The notes below the pieces were generated by a model, which was not told the origin of the DNA, made no database searches, and saw nothing but the letters and a program-made list of their open reading frames with translations. From NCBI RefSeq assembly GCF_009914755.1, contig NC_060935.1: a stretch of 64,000 nucleotides of DNA. The stretch is one strand, 5' to 3'. Each line of letters opens with the position of its first letter. Position 1 is the stretch's first letter. Below are positions 59,833-64,000 of the stretch, in pieces. Both the position numbers and the translations under genes were made by a program. The DNA is from the human T2T-CHM13v2.0 reference genome, Homo sapiens.

Positions 59833-60409
59833 GTATAACTTATCACTTGGGGAATAGAAGTTTCTTAAAGAGAGCTGAAAGATGTGGCTTTGGATTCTTT
59901 ACAGTTGTGGTCTGGTTGAATCTTAATAATAGCCAAGGACACATGGAGGGGTGGTGCCTCTTTTCGATGTGCAATCTTGAGATACCATGTTTTTCTCTTG
60001 CATACCGGCACTGAGACTAGGGAATGTGCCCTAACCTGAGACTGTCTTTCTCCAACTCCCCTTTCCTTTTGATCTTATTCTGACCATATCAATTCTTGGG
60101 GATCAAGTACTTGAAGTGGGTTTAATATAAAGAGTGTGGAGTGGCCTGGAAAACAGAGGAGTGGGTGGTGGTAGGAACTTGGGACTCTGTGGTGTGTCAC
60201 ATACAGGAAGAAAGCCTTATAAGGCTTAGCCTTTCTTTACCTTATACTTCATAGATCCTTTTCATTTCAGAGGGAGCAGTCAGTGCCCCCTAAGTGAGGT
60301 GAGCAGTGGTCCAGGTTTTCCCAGTACTTTTCCTGCGTCGGCCCCAAAAACCTCCTGTTCGGAGCAAACCAGAATGATTGGTAGCCCTGAGTATAAACTT
60401 GGGCTGTCA

Positions 60410-61150
60410 GTTTCTCTTCCTCTATTTCTGCTTCTCTTTCTCTTTTCCTTTCTTTCTCTCCTCCCTTCTTTCTTCCTTTCTTTCTCTTTCTCCCTCGTTC
60501 CCTCCTCCCTCCCTCTTTCTTTTCTTTCCCTTCCTTCCTCCTTTCCTTCTTTTCTTCCTTTCTTTTTTTTTTGGGACAAGAGTCTCGCTGTCACCGAGGC
60601 TGGAGTGCAGTGGTATGATCTGGGCTCACTACAGCCTCTGCCTCCCGGGTTCATGTGATTCTTGTGCCTCAGCCTCCCAAGTAGCTGGCACTGCAGATGT
60701 GCACCACCACATCCAGCTAATTTTTGTATTTTTAGTAGAGACGGGGTTTTACCATATTGGCCAGGCTGGTCTCAAACTCCTGGCCTCAAGTGATCTGCCC
60801 ACCTCGGTCTCCCAAAGTGCTGGTATAACAGGTATGAGCCACTGTGCTGAATGCTTTTTTCTGTTTTCTTTTCTTTCTCTCCTTCTCTCTTTTTCTTTTT
60901 TTTTCTTCCCTTTCTCTTCCTCTTCCCTTTCTATTACTCTTCCCTTTCTCTTCCTCTTCTTTCTCTTCCTCTTCTCTTCCTGTTCCCTCTTCCTCGTCCC
61001 TTGCTCTTCCCTTCCTCTTTCTCTTTCTCTTCTTTTTCTCTTTTTTCTTTTTCTCTTCTTTCCCCTTCTCTTTCTCATCTTTCTCTTTCTTTTCTTTTTC
61101 TCTTTCTCTTCTCTTTCTCTTCTTTCTCTTTCTTTTGTTTTCTTTCTTTC
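60410..61150. repeat. Two long CT-rich polypyrimidine tracts (about 60410-60572 and 60855-61153) derived from Alu tails
   Basis: Almost purine-free plus strand; each tract abuts the tail end of an antisense Alu. Confidence 0.9.
60563..60850 (-). mobile_element. Alu (AluS/J-like)
   Basis: Antisense full-length Alu. Confidence 0.93.
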
Positions 61151-61346
61151 TTTGTCACTCAGGCTGGAGTGCAGTGGTGCCATCGTAGCTCACTGCAGCT
61201 GTGAACTGCTAATTAAAAAAAAATTTTTTGTAGAGACTTGCTATGTTGCCCAGGCTAGTCTCCAACTCTTGACCTCAAGGAATCCTCCCACCTTGGCTTC
61301 CCAAAGCTTTAGGATTAAAGGCGTGAGCCACTGCTTCCTGCCTGGG
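61150..61346 (-). mobile_element. Internally deleted AluJ
   Basis: Partial right arm joined to the left arm. Confidence 0.85.
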
Positions 61347-62144
61347 CTGTCAATTTCTAAGGTTAAGATTTCGGAATTGCAGTGAAAGGTTGTGTATACT
61401 TGTCAAGCTACCCGTTCAACAAGACAACCTAGACCTGACATGGGTACATGTTAGAATCTTAGTGTATTCATTATGCTTTCTTTTATTAGGAACTATTTAA
61501 AATGGATAACTAAGTTTAAAAAAGCAGGTAACTATAAGGAATAATATCAATATTCACTGACCTGCTCTTCAGCTTTATTAAATCCATAATTTGCTCCATT
61601 TGCTTACATTTTATTTTCTAATAGAAGTAAAAGTTCAGGTAGAGTTGAAGTCCCTGTGGTCATTCCTGATCCTATTCTCTTCCCTCTTTGCCCATATGTG
61701 AGTTTGGTAATTATTCATTTTCCTGTGTGTTTTACAATTTTACGTCAAATTTGTGGATCTGTAAATATGTTTCGCAGGCATTTATCTTCTATTTCTATTT
61801 AATTCTACAGCTTTTTTGTTGTCCATCACTTGGAGATTTACATTTGTAGCTTTGGTATATTTTAATTACTATTTAGCAGTCCAGTGAATAAATGCATTGC
61901 AAATTGTTTCTGTTCTCACATTGATAGAATTTTTCTAGTGTGGGGCCGTTACAAATAATGTTTGTATTTGAGTGGTTTCTTTTTGTGTGTGCATATCTAG
62001 GAATGGGACTGTGAGGCCACAGGTACAGATCTGAAAAGTAACTCTCTTGCTCAATTGTTCTTTAATTCTAATTAGTGCTCACAGATGTCTTACTTTTTGC
62101 TAATGTGGATATGAATAACTGGTTTTACATTTAAGGAACGTCTT

Positions 62145-63330
<1,186 letters not shown>

Positions 63331-64000
63331 AGATTTATATTCCTTTGGTTTCTCCGCTGAGTTTTCAGTATCTCCTGAGAACTCAGGCTCCTTCTAGTAT
63401 CTTAAGAGCAACTGATAAAATTTTCCTTTAGTGAAGTCTAGAAGAATAGCCAAACTTACTCTTAAAAAATCAAAAACAAAAAAACTCATGCCTACCCAGT
63501 CTCATAATTTCTAGTTTGATCTAATTCTCTTTCCCTGGGACCTAATTCAAGCAGCAGATTGTATCAGAAAATTATTTCCATTTCCAGAGTAAAAAAACTT
63601 AATGTCCAGATATTTCAAGATAGAAGGGAAAGGATAGCACTGTTTTTACTCAATTTCTATAAAAGCCTGCTTGCTAGCTTGAGTTTTGTGGACAAGTCTT
63701 TATATATCATGAAACTGTGGGTATAAAAATGGAAACTGCTTGCTTCCATAGAAATGGAAGGGCTTGCGTCAAAGAGCTTCAGTTGAACAAGGGAGACAGA
63801 AAATGCTCTATACTTAGTATAAACATTATAATATAGATATAGTCTTGTGATTCTAGCTCTACAATAAGTGACTTTGGAGGGTTAGATGAAATCTTATTTT
63901 GTATTGATTTTTTCCCCCCTATATATAGATTCACTAAAGAATGTATTTGAAGAATGAGTATATGTGTGGATATTTTTAGGGGATGAAGTAATAATTCAGA

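Noticed and set aside
60378-61385. 335-aa ORF, the longest in the track, and overlapping Phe/Leu/Ser- or Lys/Arg/Glu-rich ORFs
   Set aside because: Made of CT-rich tracts and antisense Alus, which lack stop codons for compositional reasons.

Overview
Primate (most likely human) genomic DNA dominated by repeats, containing part of the oocyte-secreted protein (OOSP/PLAC1-like) gene cluster. From splice signals I reconstruct a complete five-exon plus-strand gene (CDS 116-188, 1568-1746, 15380-15477, 16803-16953, 17434-17514). It encodes a 193-aa protein with a signal peptide, one ZP-N domain and a glycosylation-rich tail, which I identify as OOSP3. Near the right end are the promoter and first coding exon (59757-59832) of a paralogue I recognise as OOSP1; I did not find its later exons in the window. 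Between the genes lie a full-length processed SRD5A3 pseudogene with target-site duplications and a nested solo LTR, a near-full-length L1PB, a complete THE1 MaLR element, an internally deleted HERV-K(HML-3)/MER9 provirus, ERVL pol remnants and solo LTRs. A second near-full-length L1 lies in OOSP3 intron 2. DNA-transposon relics and about 18 Alus are spread across the window. Most ORFs in the supplied track are repeat-derived noise. I found no wholly new biological system. The best leads concern the poorly characterised OOSP3 protein and promoter, the CpG-rich retrocopy just downstream, and several unusual retrotransposition footprints. Gene and repeat-subfamily names come from recognition by eye, not database searches.
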